From contig OZ223202.1 in assembly GCA_965140345.1 (NCBI GenBank), forward strand, positions 50,093 to 114,092: a stretch of DNA of 64,000 bases, written 5' to 3'. Origin of the DNA: Candidatus Kapaibacterium sp. (GTDB lineage: Bacteria; Bacteroidota; Ignavibacteria; Kapaibacteriales; UBA2268). The notes beneath the pieces were generated by a model that ran no database searches, was not told the DNA's origin, and worked only from the letters and a program-made list of their open reading frames with translations. The position numbers and the translations under genes are program-made. Every line of letters begins with the position of its first letter. Positions within the stretch are counted from its first letter, which is position 1. Shown in pieces: positions 18,743-29,977 of the stretch.

Positions 18743-21700
18743 ATGAGACGTTTTATACTTGTTCTATTTTTTCTCTTTTTATATGAATCGCAAAGTCAAT
18801 CAATACATTTTTTCGATATAGATAATACTAAATTTCCTTTGATGAGTGCAAAATTTTACGCTACTGATTCTGATGGAAATTTGGTAACAAATATAAATGT
18901 CTCAGATTTTGATCTCACAGAAAATGCGGAATCAAAAAACATTATAGACATAAGTTGTAATGCATCACAGAATCCACAATCTATTTCCAGCGTGCTTGCG
19001 ATTGACGTTAGTGGTTCTATGACTAAAGAGAATATGTTTTTAGCAAAATTAGCGTGTACAACATGGATACAAAAATTGCCGTTTAATATTTCAGAATGCG
19101 CTATGACCGCTTTTAACGAGCAAAACAGTTATATACAAGATTTCACTCAAGACAAAAATTTACTTCTGCCCAAAATTGAAGATTTATCTACATCCGGTGG
19201 CACTGATTTTAATGCGGCATTTATAAATCAGGTTGCTGGTGCCTTCATAGTTTTAGAAAAAGCACAAAATCAAAAAATAATTATATTAATTACTGACGGT
19301 ATGGCTGAAGGCGACGGAAGTGCAATCATAAACAAAGCTTTAGATCAAGACATAAAAATTTACTGCATTACTATTGGCAACAATTGTCCTGTAACATTAA
19401 AAAACATTGCTGAACAATCAGGTGGTAAGTGGTTTAAGGAAGTTTCAAGTCCTGAAGATGTAAAAAGAGTAATTTATAATATTCTTCACAGCGCTCAGGA
19501 AATGAAGCCCTGCACTATCGAATGGGAAAGTGATGCGAAATGTGAAAACTTAAATGTTAAGGTCGAAGTTGATGCAACTAATTTTGACCGGAGTACTTTT
19601 GACTACGAATTACCTCCGTCCGGATACGCATATTTAGACTTTAGTCCAGCAAATATTGCTTTTAAGGATAAAAAGCTATTGGTTCAACATGATACTACTC
19701 TCACAGTTACTGCTGTAAATAGCGACTTCAATATAAAGGATATAAGTTCTTCACTTTCTCAGATAATTATTACTCCAAAGTCTTTCTTTCTAGCAGAAGG
19801 GACATCGAAAGATATTAATATCAGCTTTACTCCAACAGATAGTAATTATGTCCTGAGTGATATTTATTTCAATTCAACACCTTGCTCTCATTCATATAAT
19901 GTAGCCGGAATTTATACCGATATAATAGCAAAAAACAGAACAATTGAACTACTTCATCCCAACGGAAATGAAGAATTTCTTGCCGGTTCAGATACAGTAA
20001 TTAGATGGAAAGGTTTACTTTCTACTGACTCTGTAAGAATTCAATATAGTACAGATGCCGGAATGATGTGGTATGAACTGACTGATACAGCTAAGAATTT
20101 TTCTTATATATGGAATTTACCTCAGGTAAGTTCGAAGAAATGTCTGGTGAAAATATCTGAGAATAGAAATACTATAGAATGGGAAAAAACATTCGGTGGT
20201 TCCGGTGAAGAACTGGCTAAAAAGGTATTAGAAACAGATAACGGTTATATAGTTTTAGGCCAGACTAACTCGCAATCCGGTGACGTCAAATCAAATTATG
20301 GTCAGTCTGATATATGGATTACTAGTTTGGATCATAATGGTAATTTATTGTGGTCTAAAAATTATGGTGGCAGCCAAAATGAAGATATTAATGATATAAT
20401 CCAAACTAAAGATAAAGGATTTGTTTTTATTGGAACTACAGATTCTAAAGATGGAGATATAACAAACCATAAGGGATCAACTGATGTATGGGTTGTGAAA
20501 ATCAACTCCGCAGGCAGCATAGAATGGCAAACTTCTTATGGTAGTTTTTATGACGAATCAGGTAAATCTATTAGTCAATCACCCGATGGAGATTATGTAA
20601 TACTTGCTACTGCAAGACTTTCGGCTGGTGACATTCCGGAAAAAATAGGCAAACTTGATGCTTGGGTCGCTAAAATTTCTCCTAATGGAGTAATACGATG
20701 GAGTGTTTGCTTAGGAGGAGAAGATGATGATTTTGCTGAATCAATTACTGTTTCAAATGATGGATCTATTTTACTTACAGGTTTTACTTATTCTAATGAT
20801 ACTTATATAAAAGGGAATCATGGGCAATCAGATGTCTGGGCAGCTAAACTTAGTTCTGTAGGTGATATTTTATGGCAGAAGTGTTATGGTGGAACTGAGG
20901 GGGATAAAGGCGAACATATTATTTCAACACTTGATGGCGGATACATCATTGCTGCTCATACTTTTTCCAATAATGGAAATGTAAGTTTAAATCACGGCAC
21001 TTCAGATGCCTGGATTATTAAAATAAACTCTTCCGGTACAATCCAGTGGGAAAAATGTTTCGGAGGAAGTAAAGCAGAAGAAGCGCATTCTATAATTCAA
21101 AATAAAGATGGACAATACGTTGTAGCTGCACATACTTTTTCTAATAATTTAGATGTAAATGGCAATCACGGTTTGGTTGATTGCTGGATCTTTAAGCTTG
21201 ACATCTTTGGTAGATTGCTTTGGCAAAAAAACTATGGTGGCAGTGCAGAAGAAGTCGCTAGTTCAATCCATGCTGCAGAAGCTAATTCACTGGTTTTTGC
21301 TGGTAAAACCTCTTCGAATGACTATGATATATCAAAAAACAATGGGAAAACTGATTTTTGGGTAGCGAAAATAGTAGATTCTGATTTATTGATACAGTCT
21401 GATACTTCTGATACATTTTTCTCTATTGTAAAACCAGAAGTATTTAGTCAAAATATGAATATGGGTAAAGTACCAATCAATACAAGTAAGGATTCTTTAT
21501 TTATTAACTTTTTGACAAATTTTGGTCAGTGGTCTTGTCGTATCGATACAATATTCATTGAAGGAGTTGACGCAACATTTTTCAAGTTCAATGGCCCATT
21601 ACCAGTATACACTTTACCCGGAGATAGTACTGAAGTAGCAGAATTTAAATTTTCTCCGAACCTGGCCAGAGCTTATGTAGCTGATGTAGTTATTATTTCT

Positions 21701-23389
21701 CAATCAGATACGATTCGACAAAAAATACGAGGTATTGGTATTGATTCAAAACTTACAATTGTCAATAAAGATATTAATTTCGGAAGAATACCACTTGGCG
21801 AAACCAAAGACTCTATAAGAGTTATAACTATTACGAATGATGGCACTGTTCCGATTATAATAAGTAAAACAGAGCATTCATTCCCTAATGCCGTAGATTT
21901 CAAAACTTTGAAAGGAGCAGGTCCATTCACATTGCAACCGGGTGATACTTCAAGAATGGATTTGTCTTTTGTAGCTAACAATTTGGGTAGAACTTCAGGT
22001 CAGCTTTTATTCTATAATGATGCTTCAGATCAACCTGCCGTTATAAACCTATACGCAGAGGTTTACAGTAATAATAATCTGGACATTAAGAATATTAATT
22101 TCCCTGACTTATTAGTGAACTCCAAAAATGATTCTACAGTTGTGGATTATTTTAAGAATCTAGATCAAATTCCAATCACTGTAGAATCAGTTTATCTTAA
22201 AGACGGAGACGATGATCAGTTCACAATTCGAAATTTAAGTTTACCATTCACTTTGAATAATGGTGGGACTAAAGACTTGAATATATCTTTCGTTCCAACT
22301 AGTGAGGGTAACAAATCAACTAACTTGTATATGGTAAGTGATGCAGGGACTTATAAACGAAAAATTACAGGACTCAGTTTAAAAAGAGGTGCAATGTTAT
22401 TGACTAATATCATAGGATTTGGTGAAGTAGACTTAGGAGACAGAATTGATAGTCTGAATATTCCTATACTTGTTAATACTTCGCTCCAGGATTTAAATAT
22501 TAGTCAAATTTCTCTAAATGGGACAGATGAACTTGATTTTGAAGCTTTAAATGGTTTTTCCGTAAACAAATTAGCCTCAATGGATACATTATTTATTGAT
22601 TTGGCTTTTTTCCCAAAAACAATTGGGATAAAAAATGCTTCGATAGAAGTATCACATGATTTTTCAGAAAATCCAACTAGTATCAGAGTTTCAGGATATG
22701 CAAGAAATGTAGTAAATCCAAGAATATATATATCAATACCAAAAATCGAAACGAATATAGGTGACCAAATTAATTTGCCGATTGTGCTCGACAATGCAAT
22801 TAATCTTCATAGATTAAACGCATATTCGTTAGAAGTAAAGTTAAAATTTAACAGCACAGTTTTGCACCCTTTAGACAGAAAATCTCAAATAAATGCAAAT
22901 GAAGGTATGGTTACTATTGACGATATTAATTTGGATAAAGAAATTGGAGACACTCTTATTACAATTCCATTTAGTACAATGCTTGGAAATCAGGAATTAA
23001 GCACTGTAGAATTTGGTACTATGACGCCAGAAGATGCCTCATTAAAAATTGATACGACTTCCGGAAGTATTCAACTGTTAAATCTCTGCGAGCAAGGAGG
23101 CAAACGATTATTTAATCCAAATGGAGAAACAGGCATTTCTACGCTTTCGCCTAATCCCGCTGAAGATAAAATACATATCGATTTTTCTGTCACAGAAAAA
23201 GGATTTACAGAAATAAGCCTGGTAAATCTATTGGGTGAAACAGTAGCAACTTTTTTTGCTGAAGAGATTGCTGATTTTCAAGATAGAGAAATCAACGGTG
23301 ACGTTTCACAGCTAAGTTCAGGGCAGTATATTCTGCAGTTTAAAACTCCAACTTATATTGAAGTATATCAGTTAAGTATAGTTAGATAA
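18743..23389 (+). CDS. Large secreted VWA / 7-repeat beta-propeller / ASH-domain protein with T9SS C-terminal domain
   Basis: DVSGS, GGT, ITDG MIDAS motifs; seven WxKx(Y/F)GG-type repeats; several (I/V)NFG Ig units; SPNPAED...SGQYIL CTD. Confidence 0.88.
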   Translation: MRRFILVLFFLFLYESQSQSIHFFDIDNTKFPLMSAKFYATDSDGNLVTNINVSDFDLTENAESKNIIDISCNASQNPQSISSVLAIDVSGSMTKENMFLAKLACTTWIQKLPFNISECAMTAFNEQNSYIQDFTQDKNLLLPKIEDLSTSGGTDFNAAFINQVAGAFIVLEKAQNQKIIILITDGMAEGDGSAIINKALDQDIKIYCITIGNNCPVTLKNIAEQSGGKWFKEVSSPEDVKRVIYNILHSAQEMKPCTIEWESDAKCENLNVKVEVDATNFDRSTFDYELPPSGYAYLDFSPANIAFKDKKLLVQHDTTLTVTAVNSDFNIKDISSSLSQIIITPKSFFLAEGTSKDINISFTPTDSNYVLSDIYFNSTPCSHSYNVAGIYTDIIAKNRTIELLHPNGNEEFLAGSDTVIRWKGLLSTDSVRIQYSTDAGMMWYELTDTAKNFSYIWNLPQVSSKKCLVKISENRNTIEWEKTFGGSGEELAKKVLETDNGYIVLGQTNSQSGDVKSNYGQSDIWITSLDHNGNLLWSKNYGGSQNEDINDIIQTKDKGFVFIGTTDSKDGDITNHKGSTDVWVVKINSAGSIEWQTSYGSFYDESGKSISQSPDGDYVILATARLSAGDIPEKIGKLDAWVAKISPNGVIRWSVCLGGEDDDFAESITVSNDGSILLTGFTYSNDTYIKGNHGQSDVWAAKLSSVGDILWQKCYGGTEGDKGEHIISTLDGGYIIAAHTFSNNGNVSLNHGTSDAWIIKINSSGTIQWEKCFGGSKAEEAHSIIQNKDGQYVVAAHTFSNNLDVNGNHGLVDCWIFKLDIFGRLLWQKNYGGSAEEVASSIHAAEANSLVFAGKTSSNDYDISKNNGKTDFWVAKIVDSDLLIQSDTSDTFFSIVKPEVFSQNMNMGKVPINTSKDSLFINFLTNFGQWSCRIDTIFIEGVDATFFKFNGPLPVYTLPGDSTEVAEFKFSPNLARAYVADVVIISQSDTIRQKIRGIGIDSKLTIVNKDINFGRIPLGETKDSIRVITITNDGTVPIIISKTEHSFPNAVDFKTLKGAGPFTLQPGDTSRMDLSFVANNLGRTSGQLLFYNDASDQPAVINLYAEVYSNNNLDIKNINFPDLLVNSKNDSTVVDYFKNLDQIPITVESVYLKDGDDDQFTIRNLSLPFTLNNGGTKDLNISFVPTSEGNKSTNLYMVSDAGTYKRKITGLSLKRGAMLLTNIIGFGEVDLGDRIDSLNIPILVNTSLQDLNISQISLNGTDELDFEALNGFSVNKLASMDTLFIDLAFFPKTIGIKNASIEVSHDFSENPTSIRVSGYARNVVNPRIYISIPKIETNIGDQINLPIVLDNAINLHRLNAYSLEVKLKFNSTVLHPLDRKSQINANEGMVTIDDINLDKEIGDTLITIPFSTMLGNQELSTVEFGTMTPEDASLKIDTTSGSIQLLNLCEQGGKRLFNPNGETGISTLSPNPAEDKIHIDFSVTEKGFTEISLVNLLGETVATFFAEEIADFQDREINGDVSQLSSGQYILQFKTPTYIEVYQLSIVR

Positions 23390-23413
23390 TTTATATTTGT
23401 TGATTATAATTAA

Positions 23414-23439
23414 GGCACTCCTAGGAGTGCTTTTTTTTT
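23414..23439 (+). terminator. Rho-independent terminator
   Basis: GCACTC CTAG GAGTGC followed by a T run. Confidence 0.85.
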
Positions 23440-23529
23440 AACTACTCAATATTAAAATTATTTAGTAGTATTTTATTCAAATTTTTATTTTTATATTGTG
23501 ATATTTTAATCACCATATATAACAATTCT

Positions 23530-26500
23530 ATGCAAAAAATAATATTTTTACTAGTGATTTTATTTGTATACCAATCTAATGGTCAGAATTTAAGATTCCA
23601 CTCAATAGATAATACAAATTTCCCTATTGTCAAAGCAAAAGTGAAGGTTTATGATAATACAGGTAATACTGTAACCAATTTTAATAAATCAGATTTTTTG
23701 ATAACAGAAAACGATAAAGAAAGAAAAGTATTAAAAATAACTTGCCCCCAATCTAATGAACCAACTGCTGTTTCCAGTGTTCTAACAGTTGATATCAGCG
23801 GATCTATGACAGGAAATAATATTCAAATTGCTAAGGAAGCTGCAAACGCCTGGGTCAAAGGTCTACCTCTTGGACGGTCTGAATGTGCTTTAACCACATT
23901 TAATACTTCTAATCAATTTTTGCGAGATTTTACAACTAACCGCAATACTCTCTTAGAAAGCATAAAAAATTTAGGAGCCGGTGGCGGAACCAGTTTCGAT
24001 GCTGCTTTTATAAATCCGATAGCAGGCGGATTGTTAGCTCTTGAAAAAGCAAAATATAAAAAAGTTATGGTTTTAATCACTGATGGCTATGCCGATGGCA
24101 GCGAAACTCAAATTCTCAACAAAGCGAATGCTATAGGCGCTACAGTTTATTGCGTTACATTAGGTTATCAGTGCCCTATGATACTAAGAAATATAGCTGA
24201 AAAAACTTCAGGAAAATGGTTTGAAAATGTTACCAGTATTGATGAAGCCAGAAATATTTACCTGGAAATACTTGAAGATGCTCAAGGTGGTGAACCATGT
24301 GATATTGAGTGGGAAAGTGCTATAGCTTGCGAACCTGACGTGGAATTAAATGTCAAGTATAAACCATTTAATTTAAATTTTACTTCTTATTATTCAATAC
24401 CCGGCAATTCCCTTGCTGACATTGATATAAATCCTTATGTCATCAGTTTTCCTAAGTTACATACACTTGATCCAGTGGATACTACAATAACAATAACAGC
24501 TAGATATGCGGATTTTAAAATTACAAATATTAACAGCAACAATCCTGAATTTAAAGTAAGTCCTGAAAAATTTGATTTAAAAGCAGGTGAAAGTAAAACT
24601 GTAAACGTTACTTACACTCCTACTAAAGCTACTTATGCTTATGCCAAATTCGAAATAGTCTCAACTACTTGTGATTTTAACTTTTACGTTTCTGCATACC
24701 ATGCAAATAGTACCGAAATACCCCAAACTTTGAAAGTTACTCACCCTAATGGAGGTGAGAATTTCCTTGTCGGATCTGATACAATTATTACTTGGGAAGG
24801 AATTTTACCAAATGACAATGTAGATATAGAATATACTATAGACAATGGAACAAATTGGAAGTCCATTGTAAATAATGTGAGTGGACTTTCTTATAATTGG
24901 ACAAATATTCCTAAACCCGGAAGTAAACAATGCAAAGTCAAAGTAAGTAAAAGAAATATTCCCGCAGATAACGAATATCTATTAAAAACACTAGGTGGTC
25001 ATGCCGGCTATATTTCTAATGTTAGCTGGAGTCCGGATGGTAATAGAATTGCTACTAGTAGTGGTGAAGATAATACTTGTAAGATATGGGATGTCTCTAC
25101 CGGTAGTATATTATTCTCTTTGGGCGAGCATACAAAATCAGTTTTTATGGCTGATTGGAGTCCGGATGGTAGCAGAGTAGCTACTGCATCTGCAGATTAC
25201 AATGCCATAATATGGGATGTTAACACCGGAAGAATACTACACAAGTTGACGGGGCATACTAGTTTGGTGTATGAAATTGCATGGAGTCCTGACGGATCCA
25301 AAATAGCTTCTGCCAGCCAAGACGGAGATGTTAAGGTTTGGGATGCCTTCACAGGAAGTGAAATAAGAACACTATCCGGTCATTCTTATTCTGTCAGCGC
25401 AATTTCATGGAGTCCTGATGGAATTAGGTTAGCCTCTGCTTCAGCTGATCAAAGTGCTAAGATTTGGGATACTGAGACGGGTAATGTTTTGCATACTTTA
25501 AGCTCTCATTATAGAGCTTTGAATGATATCGAATGGAGTCCTGACGGAAAGAAAATATTAACAGCCAGCCAAGACTCTAGAGTAATCATTTGGAACTCTC
25601 AAACAGGAGATATTATTCGAACTTTATCTGGACAAAACAATAAGGAAGTTATTGAGGCAAAATGGAGTCCTGACGGAACGATGATAGCCGCGAGCATCTA
25701 TGATGGATCTGCAATAATTTGGAATGCAAACAACGGTGATATCAAACATACATTCAAATTAGGATATGGAAACAAAAACACTGTGGCGTGGAGTCCTGAT
25801 AGTAAAAAATTAGCAACAGGAGGAGGAAATAAAGAATTAAAGGTATGGAATGTAGTAAGCGGACAAGAAATATATTCTAAAATATCTCACACTAAGCAAA
25901 TCAATCACTTAAGTTGGAATTTTGACGGCTCAAAAATCGCTACTGTCAGTCAAGACCAATCTGCTATAATATGGGATGCTAGCAATGGTAATGTTCTAAA
26001 TACCTGCTCAGGTCATACCGAAACACTTAAAGATATAGCATGGAGTCCTAATGGTTTAAAATTTGCAACTGCAAGTGACGATAATACTATTATCATCTGG
26101 AATCCTAAAACTGCAGGTAAAGAGCTTATATTAAAGGGGCATAATAGTGGTATTAATAATATAGACTGGAATGATGATGGAAGTAAAATTGTTAGCTCCA
26201 GTAATGACCATTCTGCAATTATTTGGGATGCAAAAACAGGTTCCAAGTTATACTCTCTCAAAGAACAAAATAACGTAGTAAATTTTGCTTATTGGAATCC
26301 TAATGGAACCAAAGTAGCAACTTCCAGTCCAGATGGTACTGTTTTAGTCTGGAATCCAGCTAACGGTAATAAATTATTGACTCTAAGTCATGTTTCATCA
26401 GTAACGGCAATCTCGTGGAGTCCGGATGGAAAAATGATTGCTACTGCCAGTTCAGATTACACAGCTAAAATTTGGGATGCTACAACAGGCAACAGAATCA

Positions 26501-28368
26501 TAGAACTTAATAGTTATCTACCTAATTTGAGGGCTATAAAATGGAGCTCTGATGCATCTATGGTAGCTACTCTCACTGATAACAGCTTTGTAAAAGTTTG
26601 GGATGTTGCCACCGGTAATCTCTTAAACAATCTGAATGCTCATACAGGAGTTACTACAGATTTCCAATGGAGTCCTAAAAGTAACAAAATAGCAACAACA
26701 AGTAAAGATCAGACAGCTATTGTATGGGATCCTAAGACAGGAAATCAACTAATTACTTTCAAAGATAATGGTGGAGCAATTTCCAAAATAGCCTGGAGTC
26801 CGGATGGAAGTATAATTGCAACTGCTAGTGAGGATAAATCAATTAAAATTTGGAAAGCTGATCAAGGTAGACTTGTTCAAATTATTAAAGGTAACAGTGC
26901 TCCGATTACCAAAATTGAATGGAATCCGGACGGAAATTCTATCGCTACTTCCAGTGCTGACAATCTTGCTAAGATATGGTCAGTAGAAGCAGATAGTAAC
27001 AAGGACCAAGTAGATATCTCAGACGAAACATTTACTATAGCATTACCATTAGTTGCAAGCCGCGATATTGATATGGGTGACGTAATTATAAATACAAGTG
27101 AAGATAAAATGGTTCAGAACTTTTTGGAAAATACCAGCTCTTGGGCATGTAGAATTGATTCTATATATTTTACAGGAGCTGATGCTAAGTATTTCAAATT
27201 GAATGGACCAACTCCTGTTTATACTGTGGCGACAGGCGAAAAACTAATGTCTGAATTTAAATTCTCTCCTACCGAGCTAAGAGATTATTCAGCTCAAGTC
27301 GTCATAGTTACTCAAGTTGAAACTTTATCCCAAAATATTCGTGGTCGTGGCGTTGAACCAAGCATACAAACCACTGATAAACTTGTAAACTTTGGAATAA
27401 GAGAATTATTTGATTACAAAGATTCAACAGTTGTGCTTATTGAAAATGTTTCAAACAATCCTGTAGATATAACAAAAATTGAGATGATCGGGCCTGATTT
27501 TGAACAATTCCTATTTATGGACTCTACCCAAATTGCGCCTTTGACTTTAAACGGACATACTTCTTACAAATTAGATTTAAGATTTAATCCTAAATATATG
27601 GGTAGATCCAGCGGACAGATTGCTTTCCACTTCAATGGCCCGGGATCGCCTGCAATTGCTCAGCTTTACGGTGCGGGAATAGGAGCTGAGGTTTCTGCTT
27701 CTAAAGATACTGCTTATGTTGGTGACGTTGTTGGTATCGATATCAGGCTTCAAAACACGGAAATAGATAAATTCGCAGAAGTTATCGGCTCTTTCGAAGG
27801 TATAGTCAGAGTCGAGAGTAGCATATTAGGCCCACTTTACAGAGAGAATCTGGAGAAAGTAGTAGGCGACTCTGCTTACATTAAATTCAAAGGTGAAGTT
27901 AGTTCCGGAACTGAGATATTGACTACAATTCCACTTAAATCTTCTTTAGGTAGAGTAGAAAGTACCAGTATTGATTTTGAACAAATAAGATGGTTCGACA
28001 CAGATGGTAATGCAGTAGATTATGACACTGATTTCTTGAGTGGTTACTTCAAACAAATAGGCATTTGCGAAGAAGGTGGCAAACGATTCTTCAACCCTAA
28101 CGGCGAAACAGGAATTGGCACTCTCTCCCCTAACCCGGCTGAAGACAAAATTCATATAGATTTCTCAGTCACAGAAGAAGGATACACTGAAATTACGATG
28201 ATAAATTTAATGGGTGAAACAGTAGCTACATTTTTTGCTGAAGATGTTTCTGATTTCCAGGAACGACAAATTATAGCAGATGTTTCTGAATTAGGTTCAG
28301 GACAATATATTCTTCAGTTTAAAACACCTACATATATCGAAAGACATAAGGTTGTAGTGGTTAGATAA
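23530..28368 (+). CDS. Large secreted VWA / 16x WD40 / ASH-domain protein with T9SS C-terminal domain (paralog of 18743-23389)
   Basis: DISGS MIDAS; 16 WSPDG...IWD-type WD40 repeats; same C-terminal CTD as the upstream paralog. Confidence 0.9.
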   Translation: MQKIIFLLVILFVYQSNGQNLRFHSIDNTNFPIVKAKVKVYDNTGNTVTNFNKSDFLITENDKERKVLKITCPQSNEPTAVSSVLTVDISGSMTGNNIQIAKEAANAWVKGLPLGRSECALTTFNTSNQFLRDFTTNRNTLLESIKNLGAGGGTSFDAAFINPIAGGLLALEKAKYKKVMVLITDGYADGSETQILNKANAIGATVYCVTLGYQCPMILRNIAEKTSGKWFENVTSIDEARNIYLEILEDAQGGEPCDIEWESAIACEPDVELNVKYKPFNLNFTSYYSIPGNSLADIDINPYVISFPKLHTLDPVDTTITITARYADFKITNINSNNPEFKVSPEKFDLKAGESKTVNVTYTPTKATYAYAKFEIVSTTCDFNFYVSAYHANSTEIPQTLKVTHPNGGENFLVGSDTIITWEGILPNDNVDIEYTIDNGTNWKSIVNNVSGLSYNWTNIPKPGSKQCKVKVSKRNIPADNEYLLKTLGGHAGYISNVSWSPDGNRIATSSGEDNTCKIWDVSTGSILFSLGEHTKSVFMADWSPDGSRVATASADYNAIIWDVNTGRILHKLTGHTSLVYEIAWSPDGSKIASASQDGDVKVWDAFTGSEIRTLSGHSYSVSAISWSPDGIRLASASADQSAKIWDTETGNVLHTLSSHYRALNDIEWSPDGKKILTASQDSRVIIWNSQTGDIIRTLSGQNNKEVIEAKWSPDGTMIAASIYDGSAIIWNANNGDIKHTFKLGYGNKNTVAWSPDSKKLATGGGNKELKVWNVVSGQEIYSKISHTKQINHLSWNFDGSKIATVSQDQSAIIWDASNGNVLNTCSGHTETLKDIAWSPNGLKFATASDDNTIIIWNPKTAGKELILKGHNSGINNIDWNDDGSKIVSSSNDHSAIIWDAKTGSKLYSLKEQNNVVNFAYWNPNGTKVATSSPDGTVLVWNPANGNKLLTLSHVSSVTAISWSPDGKMIATASSDYTAKIWDATTGNRIIELNSYLPNLRAIKWSSDASMVATLTDNSFVKVWDVATGNLLNNLNAHTGVTTDFQWSPKSNKIATTSKDQTAIVWDPKTGNQLITFKDNGGAISKIAWSPDGSIIATASEDKSIKIWKADQGRLVQIIKGNSAPITKIEWNPDGNSIATSSADNLAKIWSVEADSNKDQVDISDETFTIALPLVASRDIDMGDVIINTSEDKMVQNFLENTSSWACRIDSIYFTGADAKYFKLNGPTPVYTVATGEKLMSEFKFSPTELRDYSAQVVIVTQVETLSQNIRGRGVEPSIQTTDKLVNFGIRELFDYKDSTVVLIENVSNNPVDITKIEMIGPDFEQFLFMDSTQIAPLTLNGHTSYKLDLRFNPKYMGRSSGQIAFHFNGPGSPAIAQLYGAGIGAEVSASKDTAYVGDVVGIDIRLQNTEIDKFAEVIGSFEGIVRVESSILGPLYRENLEKVVGDSAYIKFKGEVSSGTEILTTIPLKSSLGRVESTSIDFEQIRWFDTDGNAVDYDTDFLSGYFKQIGICEEGGKRFFNPNGETGIGTLSPNPAEDKIHIDFSVTEEGYTEITMINLMGETVATFFAEDVSDFQERQIIADVSELGSGQYILQFKTPTYIERHKVVVVR

Positions 28369-28521
28369 ATTTATTGATGTGGTGCGAATAATTTATACAT
28401 TACAGAGATTTTCTCAAACATTCGATCTAGAATGCACGAAATGCTTTCAAGAATGGAGAAGTTCCGTATATTAACAAATAAAAAGAACTTTTTTGTCAAC
28501 ATATTTAAGAAGTAAAACTCT

Positions 28522-29400
28522 ATGTCAAGCGAATATAGTGCTAAAGAAATTCAGACATATTTTGGAGAATATACACCTCCAAAGCTCTTGTTAGATTTAT
28601 TTAATGATCAGTTTGTTCAAAAGAATATATCGCCCGGACTGGGTATGTATTTTCAACTTGAAACTTTTCATTTTGTAACTCCTATTGATTGTATAACATT
28701 TGCCTATGCAGATGCAACTGATATACACTTTGCTTTTTTAACTGATTTCGGAAAAAATAAAGATCTTAGTAATGCTCCAATTGTTTGTATAAGTCCTACT
28801 GATGATCCTCCGATAAGAGTTGTTGCTGCAAATCTATTAGATTTTTTTAGAGTGGTGTTACAAGCATACGAAGCTGAAAATATTACTAGAGATCTCGATA
28901 GTGATCAAGAATATTTTGAGGAATACCTTGATTTTTATGAAATAAATGAAGAAATATTTAAGAATCCAATTTCTCTAAAAGATAAAGAAGAGTATATTTA
29001 CAGACAAATTACAGCAAGACAACAGATGATTGAGTATTTGGAAAAGAATTATAATATCTCTCCGATGGAGAATATTTCCGAATACATGGAAAGTGTTGTT
29101 GATGCTCGCAATGAAACCGTTAACTTTACTACTGCTGACGACTTAGGAGTTATCTTCCCGGACAAAGATCAGGAAGTAATAAATCAACTTGAATATGAAG
29201 AATATGGAAACGAAAATCCTGAAGTAATAAAATCTTTTCTTCAGAAGTGCAACTATAATGAACGTCTCGTATTCTATAGAGATGTGACATATTTTTATGT
29301 AATCGATAAAGAATCAAGTCCTGAAATTCAGAAAGTGATTGCTGATTTTTTAATTAAAGACGGACTTAAAACAGAAGCTGAACTTTTCCTTGAAAAATAG
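28522..29400 (+). CDS. Acidic hypothetical protein, SUKH/SMI1-like immunity fold possible
   Basis: FAY...IHFAFLTDFG...APIVCISP...VVAANLLDFF pattern resembles SUKH domains. Confidence 0.5.
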   Translation: MSSEYSAKEIQTYFGEYTPPKLLLDLFNDQFVQKNISPGLGMYFQLETFHFVTPIDCITFAYADATDIHFAFLTDFGKNKDLSNAPIVCISPTDDPPIRVVAANLLDFFRVVLQAYEAENITRDLDSDQEYFEEYLDFYEINEEIFKNPISLKDKEEYIYRQITARQQMIEYLEKNYNISPMENISEYMESVVDARNETVNFTTADDLGVIFPDKDQEVINQLEYEEYGNENPEVIKSFLQKCNYNERLVFYRDVTYFYVIDKESSPEIQKVIADFLIKDGLKTEAELFLEK

Positions 29401-29524
29401 ATTATTCTAAATGCAATTTAAACTGAGAATTGCATACTTGAATATTTATTGGATTTGCTAACAAAATCTTATTATGATTCACTTCCACAATAATTCATAG
29501 AAGAAAGAATGAAGGATACGGACA

Positions 29525-29887
29525 ATGATTAGAAATATAAATGTAGAAGAAAAACTAGCCGAAATAAAGGAATACTGGTCTCCTGTGATTGTTGGAGAGC
29601 TAAATGGACAGCATGTTAAATTAGTTAAGCTGTTGGGAGAATTTGTCTGGCACAAACACGACAGCGAAGATGAGATGTTTTACGTAATTTCCGGCGATCT
29701 AAAAATTGAATTCAGAGATAAAACTATATCGCTTAAGCCAAACGAATTTACCGTGATTCCAAGAGGAGTTGAACATAGGCCAGTTGCTGAAAGTGAGGTA
29801 GCAGTTATGCTGTTTGAACCAATGTCAACTCTAAATACCGGCGATAAAGTTAATGAACTAACTAAAAAAGATTTGAAAAGGATTTAG
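29525..29887 (+). CDS. Cupin domain protein
   Basis: GEFVWHKH..EDEMF and IPRGVEHRP motifs. Confidence 0.9.
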   Translation: MIRNINVEEKLAEIKEYWSPVIVGELNGQHVKLVKLLGEFVWHKHDSEDEMFYVISGDLKIEFRDKTISLKPNEFTVIPRGVEHRPVAESEVAVMLFEPMSTLNTGDKVNELTKKDLKRI

Positions 29888-29977
29888 CTTAGGCTAGATC
29901 CTTTATCTTATCTGCATTATATCAAAAGGATCAGGAGCTGTTCCATCTTTTAATCTTAGGGAAATTCCGCAGACTGT

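Noticed and set aside
24980-26985. Periodic TGGAGTCC(T/G)GA(T/C)GG repeats resembling a CRISPR array
   Set aside because: They are the WSPDG codons of in-frame WD40 repeats with a ~126-bp period.
23085-28368. TR/VR pair or recent duplication between the two VWA gene 3' ends
   Set aside because: Similarity is ordinary paralogy of the T9SS CTD with many synonymous changes.
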